From contig OX597815.1 in the NCBI GenBank assembly GCA_951406725.2, positions 91,698,001 to 91,762,000 on the forward strand: a stretch of 64,000 nt of DNA. The letters are read 5' to 3'. Made by a program: the position numbers and the translations under genes. Below, one piece after another: positions 41,524 through 54,249 of the stretch. The notes under the pieces are model-generated. The model was not told the origin of the DNA. It searched no databases and was given only the letters and a program-made list of their open reading frames with translations. Each line of letters opens with the position of its first letter. The first letter of the stretch is position 1. Source of the stretch: Octopus vulgaris (Eukaryota).

Positions 41524-41773
41524 GTAAATATAATATGTGACAATTATTTGGTAGCCATGATAAAACTCTGAGTTTTAGATGTCGAGGCAGAAACCCACGC
41601 CAGCATCTCTTCATTTTTTATTTTTATTTTTTGCGATGGCCTGATAACTGAATTTTTTTTTTCGATGGCTCGATAACTGAAGAGATGCCAGTATGGGTTT
41701 CCGCCCCAACATCTGAAACTCGTGAGTTTTATCATGGCTACCGAATAATTGTCGCATATTATATTTACAGATA
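41519..41773. repeat. Fold-back inverted repeat (~95-bp arms)
   Basis: tctgtaaatataatatgtgacaattatttggtagccatgataaaactc / gagttttatcatggctaccgaataattgtcgcatattatatttacaga. Many arm mismatches are CpG-type transitions. Confidence 0.88.
41672..41733 (+). ncRNA. Hammerhead motif with an extra U before GAAA, in fold-back arm
   Basis: GATAA-CTGAAGA-GATG...CATC-T-GAAA-CTC-gt-GAG-T-T-TTATC. Stem I GATAA/TTATC, stem II GATG/CATC, stem III ACTC/GAGT. Confidence 0.55.
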
Positions 41774-41846
41774 AATTCCTCTATCTACATAATATTGAGG
41801 TCTCTTTCATTCTTTTGTTGTCTTGCCATTTCTATCTACATATATA

Positions 41847-41879
<33 letters not shown>

Positions 41880-42731
41880 GCACACACACAGACACACACA
41901 CACACATGCATATGTACTTACATAAGATAAACAAATGAAAGAAAGTAGTACTCATCACATAGTAGGTGGAGTTGTAAGTATTTAATAACAAGTTGACTTT
42001 ACCTGACACTACTTGAAGATTCATATGCAGATATATGTCTCCTCTTCTAGATGTACAGAGTGAAAATAAAAAGAATTTAAAGAAAATTCTAGGTGCAAAT
42101 ATTTTGTGGGGTTTTCTCCTTGATTAGTTTGGGTTATATAAAACAGTAGTGTCAGGCTATTTCCTTTACCAGCATTTATATACTACCACATGGTGGAAGA
42201 TGAGATAGTCTAGTGATAGTAGGCAGTCAGAATTTTGGAACTTGGGGGGGGGGTCCGGTTATAAATTCAGTTTGTTTGTCATGCAACATCTATACGGTGT
42301 CATTTTAGGCAAGTGTTGATAGGCCATGATGATGATGATGCATGGAAGAGAAATTATTGTTTATTCTGCAGTTGTGTATGGGTTAGCTAGAGCCTATGTG
42401 GACTTTCTATGATGACCAATGGCTTGAAATTCATTAACAGGATGTATCTTTGGTGACAACAATAAAATTGATCAGTTTTTTTACTAATAGATACTGAAAA
42501 GTATATATATTCACTTTCTCTTGGAAGTTGAGTTGAAAATTACAAACTCCTGGTGTGTAGGATGTTTCATGTGATGTTGAGGAAGGTGTTTCCTTGATCT
42601 TTGCATTTCCAATGAGACAAAGATATGGAGTTTTCCTTGACCCTACATCTAAAAGAGTACATATGTTGCATAAAACTTCCAACAGCATTGACTATTTTTC
42701 ACATGCGGTGTCGCATTTTCATGCGTGTGCA

Positions 42732-42767
<36 letters not shown>

Positions 42768-42904
42768 ATAAAAAATGGATTGAACATTCTTTATTCAAAA
42801 TCACTACAATTGTTTCAACACGATTGTCAAGACAATGCTTATTTACTAAGAAATAAGCATACTCAATTTGATTTATACCAAATAATTTAGGAAAATGATG
42901 GGTT

Positions 42905-43100
42905 ATTTCCTGCTGCTATATATAAGGATCCCTTCCAGGGGCCCTATTATCGATTTATTCAAATATCTGAGTATGCCATGAAGTTCCCAAACAAGTTCTA
43001 CTCACATGTCAAGTTTCATCAAAATCAATAAAATGATGTAGGAGGAGTTAGCTAACAACTCTACAAACACACCCACAGACAGAATACCCCACATATGTAG
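42905..43100 (+). mobile_element. Possible non-autonomous Helitron/HINE-type fragment
   Basis: Motif run aagtttcatcaaaatc...gtaggaggagtt...acagacaga resembles mollusc/insect HINE-like elements as I recall them; termini not verified. Confidence 0.3.
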
Positions 43101-43822
43101 TATATATATATACATTTGTATATAATTTTAGTCAAGTTAGTCTTTTGCTACTCTGAGTTTCATGTGTGGATGCACAGGATCTTCAGACATTAACTAATCT
43201 GATGCTGAGTCTTTTATACTTTCTACTAACATGCCAGGTTAGCAGCAAAAGAAGTGAATTAATGGTAAGAAGAAAATCGACAAATCTTTTAACATGAGTA
43301 GGAGCATAAATGCAAGAATCAGCTCTGTCATTCACAGGTTTATGGCTTAGAAGTTGGTTGTGTTAGGCTGTTGAATGAAAAATAACACAATAGAATTAAC
43401 CTCATTGGAAAATGCTTGAATGTACCTCTGTGTGTGTGTGTTTCTGTTCATGGGATGGCAAGAGTGAGAAGTAGGTTGAAATGGTGTTAATGGATGAGAA
43501 TATGGATTATATATTGGATGTTATTGATGGAGATGTTTTGAAGTGCTTGTCGTGCACACACACACGTCTATATATGTAAGTATTCACATGGTGACTCAAA
43601 TTAATATACTAAAGCATTAGTATGGTAAAGTGCCAAAGATGACAACAACAATGGAAATAATGACGACAATTATGTACTTCATAGTGTTCCCCCACACCAT
43701 AAACATTAATTCGCTCCTGAAAAGACTCCACTCATTTACAAACACAGTGTCAACCCAAATAGCTTTTCATGTTGTAAGCACATACATATTTCTCAGTTTG
43801 AATATCTGTGTGTATGTGTGTA

Positions 43823-44042
43823 CGAAGCGGTGCTAAAAGTTTCTGGTTTTAAGGGTATTGCAAAAGGCCTGGTTGGAGGCTCAACCTTCCGAGTTCTTTT
43901 ACAGGGCTTAGAAAAACTGAAGGACCACTGCAATAAGCATGTGAATCTGAGAGGGGAATATGTTGTATAAAATCACAATTAACCAATCCTCCTGTATTTT
44001 CTTTTACCCAAAACCAGGAACTCTTCAGCCCCCCCCCCCTCA
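43823..44042 (+). mobile_element. Mariner-derived MITE (~220 bp)
   Basis: TA|CGAAGCGGTGCTAAAAGTTTCTGG ... CCAGGAACTCTTCAGCCCCC..CTC termini. Internal LQGLEKLKDHCNKHVNLRGEYVV* resembles the mariner transposase C-terminus. Confidence 0.8.
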
Positions 44043-45888
44043 AACGTGTTTTTATGTTTGTTTGCATATCTGTATCATGTTTGCTTTTAATGTGTATGTA
44101 TGTATACATAAATGTCTATATTGATTACTGAAATGTGTATATTTGTATGTGTTGTTATGTATACAGTATACTTGCACATGTATGTTTGTCTGTGTACTAT
44201 TTCTTCTGCAGATGTCTCACTAAGTTGTTAGTATGCTTGTGTTTGCATGTATATGTGTGTAAATGATTGGTTGTCTACCTTTGTGCAGTATATGAGTGTT
44301 TATATAAGTGTGTGTTTTTATATTAAGTAAATGTATGTATATATGTCATTCAGTCTGTCTCTCAGGCTGCCTATATGTCTAAATTTTCCTCTTAATTTTT
44401 ATCTTCTTTCTGTTATCACTCTCCTTGCTTTCATCTTTCAGTACACACGAAACATACATAACTTCTCTTTTTTATCACACACACACACACTCAAACACAC
44501 ACACACAAACATTCTTAAGCACAAATATACACACTCACACAGAAATATGCAAAAATGCATACACACATTGCACCATTTAATGGAGTACTGGATTGCTCTT
44601 GGAATATGATAAATGAACACAGATTTGCATTTTTCTTTGACAGCCCACTGTCACCACCTTCACTGCCACACTACTCCCAACACCACCATAACCACTTCTG
44701 CTTATGCTGCGGCGTGCAGTCATCAACATTAATGATTAAGTGATCATTTAGTTTTACATCGATGCACTCTTAGCAAGTTTGAGAAGATTTTTGTGTTCTG
44801 TTGTGACTGTGATCTGCCTGGTATGAGGCAGGTCGGTGTACTTGGGGATTTATTACTCTTCTTTCATTTAATTCTAGAGTGTACACACATGTACATATAA
44901 GAGCAAACACACACACACACACATGCACAAATGACTGAGTACATACTTGTGTGTGTATGCGTACGTGCAAAGGGGAGGGAAAGCTAATGAAAATAATTAT
45001 TCCTCTAAGATAATTTTTTATTGGTTCATCTCGTTTAGATTCTGTCCATTTGAAAATGAGATTGAGGAAACTGACATCAATTCAGTAAGCCAAAAAATTA
45101 AAAACTAAACTGAAACAGTCATCATTATCACCATTATTGTCATCATCATCATCATCATCCTCTGAGCCAATGCTGAAATGTCTGCGCTGTCACTTGAACT
45201 ACAAGAAATAGCAACTAAATTCCTCCCAATCACACCCTCTTCCATAATTGTTATTGTCAACATTATTGTCATGACAATTACCTTTGCTAGTGTTCTCCTT
45301 CTCCTCCTCATCATCATCATCATCATTTTCATCCTCATATCTCTGCTATTGTCATCATTATCATCATCATTGCTTTTTTGTCATCATTGTCATTATTGTC
45401 ATCCTTGCTAGTTGTCATCATTTTAATCACCCTTTCCCATCAGTATCATCATCATCACCACCACCATCGTTATAGTCATCGTCTTTGGAAAATCTGAAAT
45501 AGTTAGCTTTTTTTGTTTGTTTCATTTTTTGTATTTTTTATGTTCTTATGGTATACAGATTAGTGGTTAGCAGTAGGAAATTCATCCAGCTTTCAAAAAC
45601 GCACTTAAATTCTGACAGTATATAAATATCTAGTGGTAAGAAACTCTTGGGAAAGCTGGACAGCAGAAGGTCTTCAGAGAAGAAGCCCCAAGGGGGCTGG
45701 GCCACATCCAGGTCATAACTCCTGGGTACCGTTCAGCTGACACTGTTAAGCCACTTGAACATTAGAGACTTGTGCATATAAACTGCCTGGAGTCTTCATC
45801 TTCTTGTATCTCCTCTCTGTTGACTCAATTTTCAAACTTGCTAATAATGAAAAGCAAAAACTATGCAAAATAATTTAACCAGTTTAAC

Positions 45889-45933
<45 letters not shown>

Positions 45934-45937
45934 GTTA

Positions 45938-46375
45938 TATTTTGTTTTCCTTCTTTCTTCAAATTTTCTTCTGTTTCTTGCCATGTGTTTTCCATACACC
46001 TAGGGCAGAGAAGCTCATTGTATGCATTCCCAGATTATACACGCAAATTCACAGGTAAAATATGTATTCCAAAAAATTAATAAATAAATAAATTCATGAA
46101 TGGATGTTGTTTTCACAGCGATAATGCTCTTCTCAGTACATGAGCCATTCCAGTTAACACAATTTTTTGCACTTCATGTAGGAATGGTAAGCCTGGTATC
46201 ATTTACAAATAGGTTTCAGTACCTTTTTTTATCATTCATAGAGATCCTACAATCACTGGTACTGTAGTCGCCTTGAGATACCACATTTTTTTTCAATTTC
46301 TATTAGCAAGTCTTTATATTTACTGATCTTGTCAAATTCTTTCAACGCTATATTGTGATCACAAGGAATACTTAT
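45938..46375 (-). mobile_element. R4/Dong-like LINE 3' end (restriction-like endonuclease C-terminus), flanked by (TAA)n
   Basis: Minus-strand SIPCDHNIALKEFDKISKYKDLLIEIEK/MWYLKATTVPVIVGSL*MIKKG...IPGLPFLHEVQKIVLTGMAHVLRRALSL*; (TTA)n arrays on both sides. Confidence 0.8.
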
Positions 46376-46514
46376 TATCATTATTATTACTATTATTATT
46401 ATTATTATTATTGTGATGATGATGGTGCTGCCGCTGCCTTTGTTGTTATTGTTAGGTTACTACTATCATTTTATACTTGGGCAATCATTGGACAAGGAGG
46501 CAGCCAGTTGTAAC

Positions 46515-46920
46515 CAGTCAGACAATGTTATCCTCGGGTCCATCTTGATCAAGCAGCAGACCTATTATCATAGGCATTCCAGCCGTGACCATCATGATTT
46601 TTATGTTTTTGCTTTTTGTTAGTTTATCTAGGACAGCATGGTCTAATGTGTTCTTTCCTTTAAAAAGATAACAGAATGTGATTTCAGATATATTTTTTCT
46701 GCTTTTTGTAGCAAATCATGTTACCTTGAAAAGACTCCTTTGCTCATTCAATGTTGTTGTTTAACTCCCATTCAACCCTGATCAAGCAGACATATAACAG
46801 AAGACATTCCAGCCATAACCATCTCATCTAGATTTCTTGGGCTAAATTATTTAGTGTTTGTCTTTCCCTTTTTCTAAAATAATGGTATGCAATTTGCAGG
46901 CTTCATGGAGGCTCCCTTTT
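46515..46920. repeat. Unclassified interspersed repeat family E (two tandem copies; others near 325, 2455, 4455, 9245, 13980, 49220, 56630, 61600)
   Basis: Shared motifs ctgatcaagcagacctat, cattccagccatgaccatc and gagatttggctgctatttctagcaggtca. Confidence 0.6.
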
Positions 46921-47126
46921 GTGATTGGTGATTCTCAGTGGTTTTCAACTGGTATGCTGCAGTGCACTGTTGCACTCCAAGAGATATCTCAAATCTGAAC
47001 ATTATTGTTTGTTTTTTTTTTTGTTTTTGTTTTTTTAGATTTGATTTCATGTATTAGAAGATTATTTCAACATTTTGTTTCAAGAGAACATAGGTGACAT
47101 GACAGTCATTAGAGCATCAGATAGAA

Positions 47127-47280
47127 TCATCATCATTTAATGTCCATTTTCCATGCTGGCATGGGTTGAACAGTTTGACAGGAGCTGGCAAGTCAGAGGA
47201 CTACACCAAACTCTTCTATATGCTTTGATATGGTTTTTTTTCAACTGGATGCCCTTCCCAACACCAACCACTTTACAGGT
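47127..47280 (-). mobile_element. SINE family B, truncated
   Basis: Tail plus ggatgcccttcccaacaccaaccact. Confidence 0.7.
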
Positions 47281-47303
47281 ATTTTTTGTGTGTGTGTATA
47301 TAA

Positions 47304-47346
<43 letters not shown>

Positions 47347-50300
47347 GAACTGGACTCCTTTCCCAGTTTTCTCTTCAGGATGCCCCCATTACACATTATC
47401 CCTCTAACTGCAATTTTTCCCCCCACTATCCCTAATCTTTCTCACTACCCAGAAATATTTCACTTGATGTTTATCCTTCATTCTTATATTGTCCGCTCCA
47501 TTCATATTCTGCATTAATCCCAAAACAGACAATGGAGTGTAACGCAGTCCTTGAGCCCATCAAATTTTGTCAAACTATCCAACTTTTGCCAGCATGGAGC
47601 AGGACATTAAGCAATAATGATGATGATCACGTTTATGTTTATGTATCCATCTCTCTTGTATAACTCCATTGGGCCATGGTGCTATCACAGCATGAAATAA
47701 ACATTTTGGTTATTTTAGATATGGTTCTTGTAGAGATTGTTTTCTCCATAGTAATTGCCTTTTCCCGAGGAATCAATATATTGTATAAATATTTAGTGTT
47801 CCAAAAAGAACATGATTTTTTTCTTCCATTTTATTTTAAATGAAAGAAAATAAACCACAAATCATTATTTCATCAAATTGGAAGATGGTGGATAGTCAAA
47901 GGTGTGGGGATGGTGGTTTTGTTTTGAAGTTTCAGTTTTATGTAAATAAAGATCAAAATTGGGAAATCAGGAAAATTCATCATCTTTGTACTGCATCCTA
48001 GTTCAGTGTTTCTGTTTGACTTTGGTTGAGTTGAGTCTGGGGTAGGGGATCGAAAAAGGATATTGCTGCTACCGGTTTATGCCATTTCCATGCTTGGCAG
48101 CTAAGCTACAAAATAGATTTTTTTAAAAATGATAATGATAAATAAAATATTTTAAAACATTTTTTTAAATTTAAATTTCTTTTGAAAGGAAATTCACTTG
48201 TTATTATAATTGTTATTATTGTTGATTATATTGTTGTCTGTTGGTGTTTTTCTTGCTGCCATTATCATTGTCATTGGTGCAGTTGTAGTTATTTTTGTTG
48301 TTGCTGTTTTTAATGTTTGTTGGTATTTTTTCAGTTGTTGTTGTTTTCATTATTTGTGCCATTGCCATGATTGAGTTATTGTTTTTGTTGTTCTTCTCCT
48401 TTTTATTGTTATATTTATCTGATGGCATTTCCTACTCTTAGTGATGCCATTTGTTATTGGAATTCTCATTTATAGAATGGTGTTGTTGATGGAGGCAGCA
48501 GCAATGGTCGGTAGTGATGGTGTCAGTTTTCTTGCAAGATAAACTAATACCCATGAACCATAGTGATTCCAAATGTTGTTAGGTACTTGCTGCAGCAGCA
48601 CCACCACCAGTAGTAGTAGTAGTAGTAGATAATGATGATCTGCTTTCTCCTACTTCCCCTCTCAGCATTAGCTTTGATCCACCAGACATCAGATGAAAGG
48701 CAGTCTCTAGCTGTAGCCATCCCATCTTTTTATAGACAAAATGTATACAAGTCTTCATTATACAAAGTATTCTTTTTTATTTTAAGATTGTAGGCTGTGA
48801 TAAAGGTGGTGATTTTTAGCAAGCTTGTGAGATTGCTATACAAAATGTCTTGCAGTATTTGTTCTCACCCTTTACATTTGGAGTTCAGATACCACTGAGG
48901 TCATCTTTGCTTTTCTTCTTTGTAGAGTCAAAGAATAAATAAAGTATTGATCCAGGATGAAGATTAGCAGAATTTTTTGAGTGTTGAAAAAAAATGTCTT
49001 GCAATATTTGTTCTAGCCCTTCTATGTTCTGAGATTGCCTGCAAGAACACTGGTACCAAGTAGTATCAATCCTTGCCATATTGGTATCTTAGAGAGGAGA
49101 GATTTGTTACACAAGCAAATTTTGGATTTCCATTAGAAAAATAAATTTTGCCTCGGTTTGTGTCCTGGAGAGGTTATTATTAAGTGTAGATACATGGACA
49201 ACCTTGACCAATGGCAGGTGGTCTGTAGCGTGTGACGTTAGTGAGATTTGTCTGCTATTTCTGACAGATTTCAGTAGCCATATAGAGACTCTTTCATTGG
49301 CATATAGCATTATGGCTGTTTTTGATGTTTAGCCTTATATCAGTTCTGAATGAGCAATAAGCAGGCCAACGGTTAAAAATATTCTGGCCTTTATTATCCC
49401 TACGTTTCGTATATCAGAGACTATTTTGTTCAATGTGTCCTTCCCTCTTTCCAAAGATGATAGATTGTGACTTAGAGATTTGGTTGCTATCTCTAGCAGG
49501 TCAAGTAACTGCATAAGAGCATTTCGTGGCTGTAGTGCCAACAAAGCTATTGCCAATGGTAGTGGTAGGTGCAATTGTAATAGTGGTAGCAGTAACCATC
49601 GTTGTCACTGCCATTAGTTTCTATCCCAATATTTCATTATCATATAGTCTATAATTTCATTTCTTCAGGTATTAAAAATATGAAAACAGCCCCCGCCCCA
49701 CTCACACACACACCACTACAACCACCATTACACTCTTGAAAATGTATTTCTTAAATTACTCTACCTTTCATTTCACATTTCTTTTCTTTTCCTTAGTTGC
49801 TACCACCATCCAATCCATTAAATTTTAAACAATTTCCACTGTTGACAGCTAAAAATTCTGCGAACCAAATAGTTTTGTGTCAGTATGTTCCACTACCAAT
49901 TTGGCACCATTGCATTTTTCACCCAAAATTTTAAGAACCAAATAATCTAAATTAATTCTCTTAATCTTATTTCATTTCTTCAACAGAAATACACATACAA
50001 CCACACACGTATAGATGATTAAATTACAAAATCAACAATAAAACACTAATGTAAGCAAGTTTAATTTTCCAATTTAAAAGTTTCTAATTAAAACGTGAGC
50101 AACAAATATTTGAATTTGTGTGTATATATATATATATATATATCATACACACAAATATATATATACATATATATATATTCATTCATATTAATATAAATAT
50201 ATTCATGTGTGTGTGTGTGTGTGTGTTCTTAAGGTTTAAGACACCAGAAACATTAACTGGAAAAAAAAAAGTGAGTTAATAGAAAATCTGGAAATTTAAT

Positions 50301-50418
50301 ATTTATTAAGCAGAAAATGATGTGACTATAACTTGAAAGTTTTGCTGAAAGCAGCTTGTCAAATAATATATTTTTTCAGGCCACTTTCAGCAAAACTTCA
50401 AAATAGTCAAACTTTCTG

Positions 50419-50456
<38 letters not shown>

Positions 50457-50500
50457 TCGTCATCATCATCGTTTAACGTCCGTTTTCCATGCTAACACGG

Positions 50501-50548
<48 letters not shown>

Positions 50549-50552
<4 letters not shown>

Positions 50553-50828
50553 GGAGTGGCTGTGTGATAAGAAGCTTGCTTCCCAAACACATGATTCTGG
50601 GTTCAGTCCCTTGTAAGATACTTGATGACCTAACTAATGCCAGCAGCACAAGAAAAAAAAGCACTCAGTACTCATTGCAAAACGGTTGACATTAAGAAGG
50701 GCATCCAACTGTAGAAAGTATGCCAAAGCTGACATTCAACCTCAATGAAGTCCTGTAATTTGCTGTATCCTGTCAAACTGTCCAACCCATGCCAGTATGG
50801 AAAAAAGACATTAAATGATAATGATGAT
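50549..50828 (+). mobile_element. SINE with family-C tRNA head and family-B body and tail
   Basis: ggagtggctgtgtgataag (A box) ... gggttcagtccc (B box), then aagaagggcatccaactgtag and ccaacccatgccagtatggaa...gataatgatgat. Confidence 0.75.
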
Positions 50829-50833
50829 AAATA

Positions 50834-51703
50834 CAGGTATACCTTGGCTTAAGTCGTTTCGATTTAAGTCATTCTCAATTATACATCAGTTTCCAAAAAT
50901 AATATATGGTAAAATAAAAATCAAGTGAAGTCATTTTATTTGACTTTACATCTGTCCACCACAAATATTGAAATTGTAAAATCACTAGAAAACCATTAAA
51001 AGCACATAAAATCATGTTACTGTACAATAAATAAGAACAAATGCATATAAAATCATATTGAAATACGTACAGTAAATGTTAAGATACACATCATAAAGTA
51101 GTGTAGCTTAGTGAACGGAATCATGAAATCAGCTGTGTTGTCTTATTTATCGGTCTTTTGGAGCTCATATTGCATGTAGTTCCAATATCTACCATTAGGC
51201 ATCATTGTCACTCATGATTCCCACAATTGTTTTGAATTCAGATTTGTTTACATCCATTTATCAGCTACTTTCTCATTCTCATGCATTTGTGACTTCATTT
51301 TTTGCCCCCCATGTCTCCTAAGAAAATTCATAGTGAAAGTGCTAAGCGTCATGCTATAATGCTGGAAGATAAACTGGGTATGGTAAAACGCCATGGAAAA
51401 GGTGAAAAAGTGATAGCAATTACACAATCTTTTGGTATGAATTGGACAACTGTATCGATGATTGTACATAATAAGGACAAGATTTTAACACATATCAAAT
51501 CTGAAGCCCCAGGGATGAAGAACACTGTCATCAATAAGAAAAGAGGCAAGTACAGAACTGAGAATGGTTATTATCAGTTTAGCCTAGAGACAAGTAAATT
51601 CAGATTAGCCTAGCCTAGAGACAAGTTAATTCAACTTCAGTCATTTCTCAACTTAAGTCATGTCTCCTAGAACCAATTAATGATGTAGGGTAAGGTATGC
51701 CTG
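50834..51703 (+). mobile_element. Tigger/pogo-family internally deleted DNA transposon
   Basis: TA|CAGGTATACCTT ... AAGGTATGCCTG|TA terminal inverted repeats with TA duplications. Internal ORF resembles the CENP-B/psq N-terminal HTH. Confidence 0.88.
51311..51613 (+). pseudogene. Truncated Tigger/pogo transposase N-terminal DNA-binding (CENP-B_N/psq HTH) domain
   Basis: MSPKKIHSESAKRHAIMLEDKLGMVKRHGKGEKVIAITQSFGMNWTTVSMIVHNKDKILTHIK fits the Tigger N-terminal pattern (KR..I.LE.K..I.R...GE....I...FG...ST...I.KNKDKI). No DDE domain follows. Confidence 0.8.
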
Positions 51704-51744
51704 TATATAAAATATTCATAATTAAGATATATGATATATATATT

Positions 51745-52070
51745 ATCATCATCATCACCATCATTTTTATATCCATTTTACTATGCTTGTTTGGGTTTGA
51801 GAGATCTTCTCCAATACAGCCTCTCTCTACTTGTTGCTTTCCTTTGTCATCATCTTTGAGAAATTAAACATCTTCAGATCAGTCATCACCACTAATGCTC
51901 ATGTCTTCCTTTGTCTTCCTCTTCCATTGATTCCTCCCACACAAATCTCTAGTACTTCTTCATTCCACCTCCACCCTACCATACCATCAGCTATACGCAT
52001 TATATATCCTTACAAGCATAGATATCTCTCTTGCACACTACAACTGATTCTTCTTTACACAGAAAAGACA
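51745..52070 (-). mobile_element. RTE-clade LINE 3' end with (GAT)n tail
   Basis: Minus-strand ...SVQERYLCL*GYIMRI...GRGRQRKT*ALVVMTDLK (RGRPRKTW motif), followed by a 3' UTR and GAT repeats. Confidence 0.65.
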
Positions 52071-52360
52071 TGGACTCTGCAAGTCAGAGCAAAGGCTACC
52101 CATCTAGGAAAGCAACCACTGAATGAAACCTGACAGTATGGAGGAGGCATTTTAGTCTTGGCTGACAAACTCTCAGGTGCTAGTGGCATGAAGAAATGCA
52201 ACCATTCTGTGCTGTAACATGGTCAGTGATAGCAAAGAATCCGGCTTGTAAAACAATACCAAACTCATGCAACGCTCCAACTCAATGACAAATATATGTG
52301 TATTCAGATAAAGGGGGAAGTCAGAATTTTGGATAATTATTAATTTAGCACTTTCATCTT

Positions 52361-52700
52361 GTGGCCGATGCCAGCGCTGCCCCGACTGGCTCCTGTGCCG
52401 GTGGCACATAAGAACCACCATCCAAACGTGGCCGATGCCAGCGCCGCCCCGACTGGTTTCTGTGCCGGTGGCACATAAAAAGCACCATCCGAACGTGGCC
52501 GATGCCAGCGCCGCCCCGACTGGCTCCTGTGCCGGTGGCACATAAAAAGCACCATCCGAACATGGCCGATGCCAGCGCCGCCCTGACTGGCTTCTGTGCC
52601 AGTGGCACATAAAAAGCACCATCCGAACGTGGCCGATGCCAGCGCCGCCCTGACTGGCTTCTGTGCCGGTGGCACATAAAAAGCTCCAACCGATCGTGGC
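52361..52700 (+). repeat. Minisatellite, 5 x 67-bp GC-rich unit derived from the SINE-B internal module
   Basis: Units start at 52361, 52428, 52495, 52562 and 52629; each has the hairpin TGTGCC-rgt-GGCACA followed by TAAAAAGCAC or a variant. Confidence 0.93.
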
Positions 52701-54249
52701 TGTTATCTATATATATGTGCACACACGTGTGTGTATGTATGTGTGTATGTGCATCCATGTGTTTTGCAAGCATGTGTCTGTGTTGTGAATTTCTGGAGGA
52801 CTGGTTAGAGGGAGAAAAAAGAGAAAGAAAGAGAGAGACCTGAAGACAGGACAGGAAAGAAAGAAAGGTTTTTTTTTTCTGGAACCACTTCAAATAATCT
52901 ACACATACACACACTTGTGCATGTGTGGAGAGAGAGATTTTGCAAAATAATATGGCCTTGTACCCAGCATATTTAGTAGGTGAATAATTTCCAGTACTAT
53001 TGTAGATAAGGCTACCAGTGCTGTTGTAGATGATAATGAATGAAAGTTATGTGATGATGGTAGAGGGTGGAGATGAAAATCAATACACCTAAGGTCATGC
53101 TGGCTTGTCTTTCCTATTATTAAGATCTTTTCAAACCATTAGTTTGCCATTAGAAAGAGCCCAAACAGATGGGGTGTTCTCTTGACTCTGATGCTTTTCA
53201 ATAACATGTTTGCATTGCTTTGCTTCAAATCCTTAACTCTTTAGAAATCCAAAAATGAACCCAGTGTATATTTACTATTCTCAAAGTCTATTCATATCTG
53301 GAAAACATTGTGAGCTCAAGCTGTTTAAATGCTGTTCATTTTTTAAAATAAATCTCTTTAATTTTGCTGTTATATTTTCCTTTCTTTTTTTACTCTCATT
53401 CATGTTAATATTTTCTTCCCCCTTAGAATTTCTTTGCATTCAAACATGTCTTTCATTCCAGTATTCTTGTTATTCTTGCCTCCATTTAAGCATCAATTCA
53501 GTGTTTGGCAGCTTATTTACACTCACAAATGTACTAAGTGTGGTTTATACAAAAGGAAAATAACATTGCAAGAATTATGTGAATCAGAAGATGTCAATAA
53601 ATGACAAAAACATTACAGATTGAGCAGAGAGTTTTAAAAAACATGGCTTTAAATAAACACCTTTGACTTAATGATTATTATTTCATTTCTTTAAATTTTT
53701 TCCCTTCTTAGTATTCTTTCAACATATTTTACAATTTCTCTTGTTTTTGGAGAATGCTATTCACTTTCAGTCTTACTGAATATGTGGTGAGAGTCAGTCG
53801 CAGTCGACTAATTTAGCAGAATACCAGGCTGCTGCTACTAGTTGAAGGGTCAAAGATAGTTAAGCCATTATCAGAACTGTGACCCCAGGAAAAGAAAAAG
53901 AAATGATTTAATTTTCAATGATGTAGTCTGTCTATGTTGTAAATAGATACAATAGTGATGAATTGTATAATTGACAAGTGTATCATTAGCTTGCACTGCA
54001 AAGCTGTTAACAGGTGATAAACAAACACAACTTTAAACAGACCTGTTCATAAAGATGTTAACAGATGCTATGGAGATATGTAAAGTTGCAAAATGAAATT
54101 TTTAATTAGTGTGCAGTCCTCCTAGGGTGAATGATTTCAAAACTGTTCTAGTCCACCAACCCAGCCTTGGGTCTATAACTCCTCTAAAGTATTCTTTAAT
54201 TTATAAAACTATCCCAAAGAATATATAAAGTATATAAAGAATAGAAGTG

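Noticed and set aside
52361-52700. CRISPR-like array of palindromic repeats
   Set aside because: The whole 67-bp unit repeats with no unique spacers, the unit is part of a SINE, there are no cas genes, and the context is eukaryotic.
52173-52914. Long ORFs (111-186 aa) over the array
   Set aside because: They are stop-free read-through of a GC-rich tandem repeat in all three frames.
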